A stretch of DNA of 64,000 bases from Octopus vulgaris (Eukaryota). Made by a program: the position numbers and the translations under genes. The DNA lies in the NCBI GenBank assembly GCA_951406725.2, contig OX597833.1, positions 53,258,001 to 53,322,000 on the forward strand. The letters run 5' to 3'. A model generated the notes under the pieces. That model saw only the letters and a list, made by a program, of their open reading frames with translations, ran no database searches and was not told the DNA's origin. Each line of letters opens with the position of its first letter. The stretch's first letter is position 1. Below are positions 62,730 through 64,000 of the stretch, one piece after another.

Positions 62730-63110
62730 GGTGGAAGCACAATAGCCCAGTGGTTAGGGCAGTGAACTCACAGTCATAGGATCATGGTTTAGATTCCCAG
62801 ACCTGGCGCTGTGAGTGTTTATTGAGCAAAAACACTTAAATCTCCATGAGGCTCTGGCAGGGATAGGGGAGAATCCTGCTGTATTCTTACACTACAACTT
62901 TCTCTTACCCTTTCTTCCTATTTCTGTTGTACCTGTATTTCAAAGTGCCAGCCTTGTCACACTCTGTGTCATGCTGAACCTCCCCCGAGAACTACATTAA
63001 GGATATGCGTGTCTGTGGAGCGCTCAGCCACTTGCACATTAATTTCATGAGCAGGATGTTCTGTTGATTGGATCAACTAGAACCCTTGTCATCATAACCA
63101 ATGGAGTGCT
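62730..63110 (+). mobile_element. Chimeric tRNA-SINE
   Basis: 5' half is similar to 4054-3845; 3' half is similar to 5890-6047. Confidence 0.7.
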
Positions 63111-64000
63111 ATAATAATAATCTTTTCTACTCTAGGCACAAGGCCTGAAATTTGGGGGGAGGAGGGGGTCAGTCGATTAGATCAACCCCAGTATGTAATT
63201 GGTACTTGATTTATCGACCCTGAAGGAATGAATGGCAAATTCAACCTCAGCAGAATTTGAACTCAGAACATAAAGATAGACGAAATACTGCTAAGCCATG
63301 CTAACGTTTCTTATTTCTTTATTGCCCACAAGGGGTCAACCATAGAGGACACAAACAAGGACAGACAAAGGGATTAAGTCGATTACATCGACCCCAGTGT
63401 GTAACTGGTACTTAATTTATCAACACCAAAAGGATGAAAGGCAAAGTCGACCTCGGTGGAATTTGAACTCGGAACGTAACGGCAGACAAAATACCGCTAA
63501 GCATTTCGCACGGCATGCTAACATTTCTGCCAGCTCGCTGCCTTAGTGCTGTAATAAAAATAATAATAATAATGATAATAATAATTATAATAATAATAAT
63601 AATATAATGTATGTATATATGTATCTGTGTGTGTGTGTGTGTATTTATGTATGTATGTGAGTGTATATGTCTCAGTTTTGTCCCCAGACAATTTGTTCCA
63701 AAGTAATTAGCTTTTATGTTGCCTCTTCTATCTTCCTTTGTCATTGTTCCTTGATTGAAAACATCAATTAGCTCCTTAAAGAACAATAACATCAACTCAT
63801 CAGCATCATCATCATCATCACCATCATGATTGTTGTAACCACAAACATTTTTGTTGTCGTTGTTGTTTTACTTTAACAATGATAATATCAGAGACTGTTG
63901 GGAATTAAACATTATCTGTGCAACGGCAACACCAACAACAACAGCTACCACCATCCCTATTGTGATTGTTACTTGCTGCTGTTTAACCCAAGACAGCTCT

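Noticed and set aside
63412-63795. 127-aa minus-strand ORF
   Set aside because: Mostly microsatellite and SINE B; the short unique part has no recognisable homology.
56000-64000. GMDS exons 1-2 (ITGITGQ, DGSYLAE)
   Set aside because: Searched by eye on the minus strand and not found; probably outside the window.

Overview
Repeat-rich animal DNA, most likely octopus (inferred from the SINE families and microsatellite load). The only recognisable protein-coding gene is GDP-mannose 4,6-dehydratase (GMDS) on the minus strand. Nine coding exons lie between 55963 and 19653; all introns are GT-AG and the exons join into one 972-nt frame (323 aa plus stop). The first two exons were not found and probably lie beyond the right edge. 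The rest is microsatellite, tRNA-derived SINEs, LINE remnants (Tx1/L1, RTE, CR1), Tc1/mariner and Helitron remnants, and MITEs; most of the supplied ORFs are microsatellite or SINE translations. Main observations: (1) five minimal type I hammerhead-ribozyme motifs in Penelope-like, (TA)n-associated elements inside GMDS introns, including a U3-A8 variant in the loop of a 112-bp inverted repeat and one fused to a tRNA-derived SINE head; (2) a Tx1-like LINE 3' end inserted in a (GATA)n tract whose last ~50 nt match the tail of an abundant SINE that forms tandem arrays at a fixed internal site; (3) a probable intron in the GMDS 3' UTR. All alignments and folds were done by eye.
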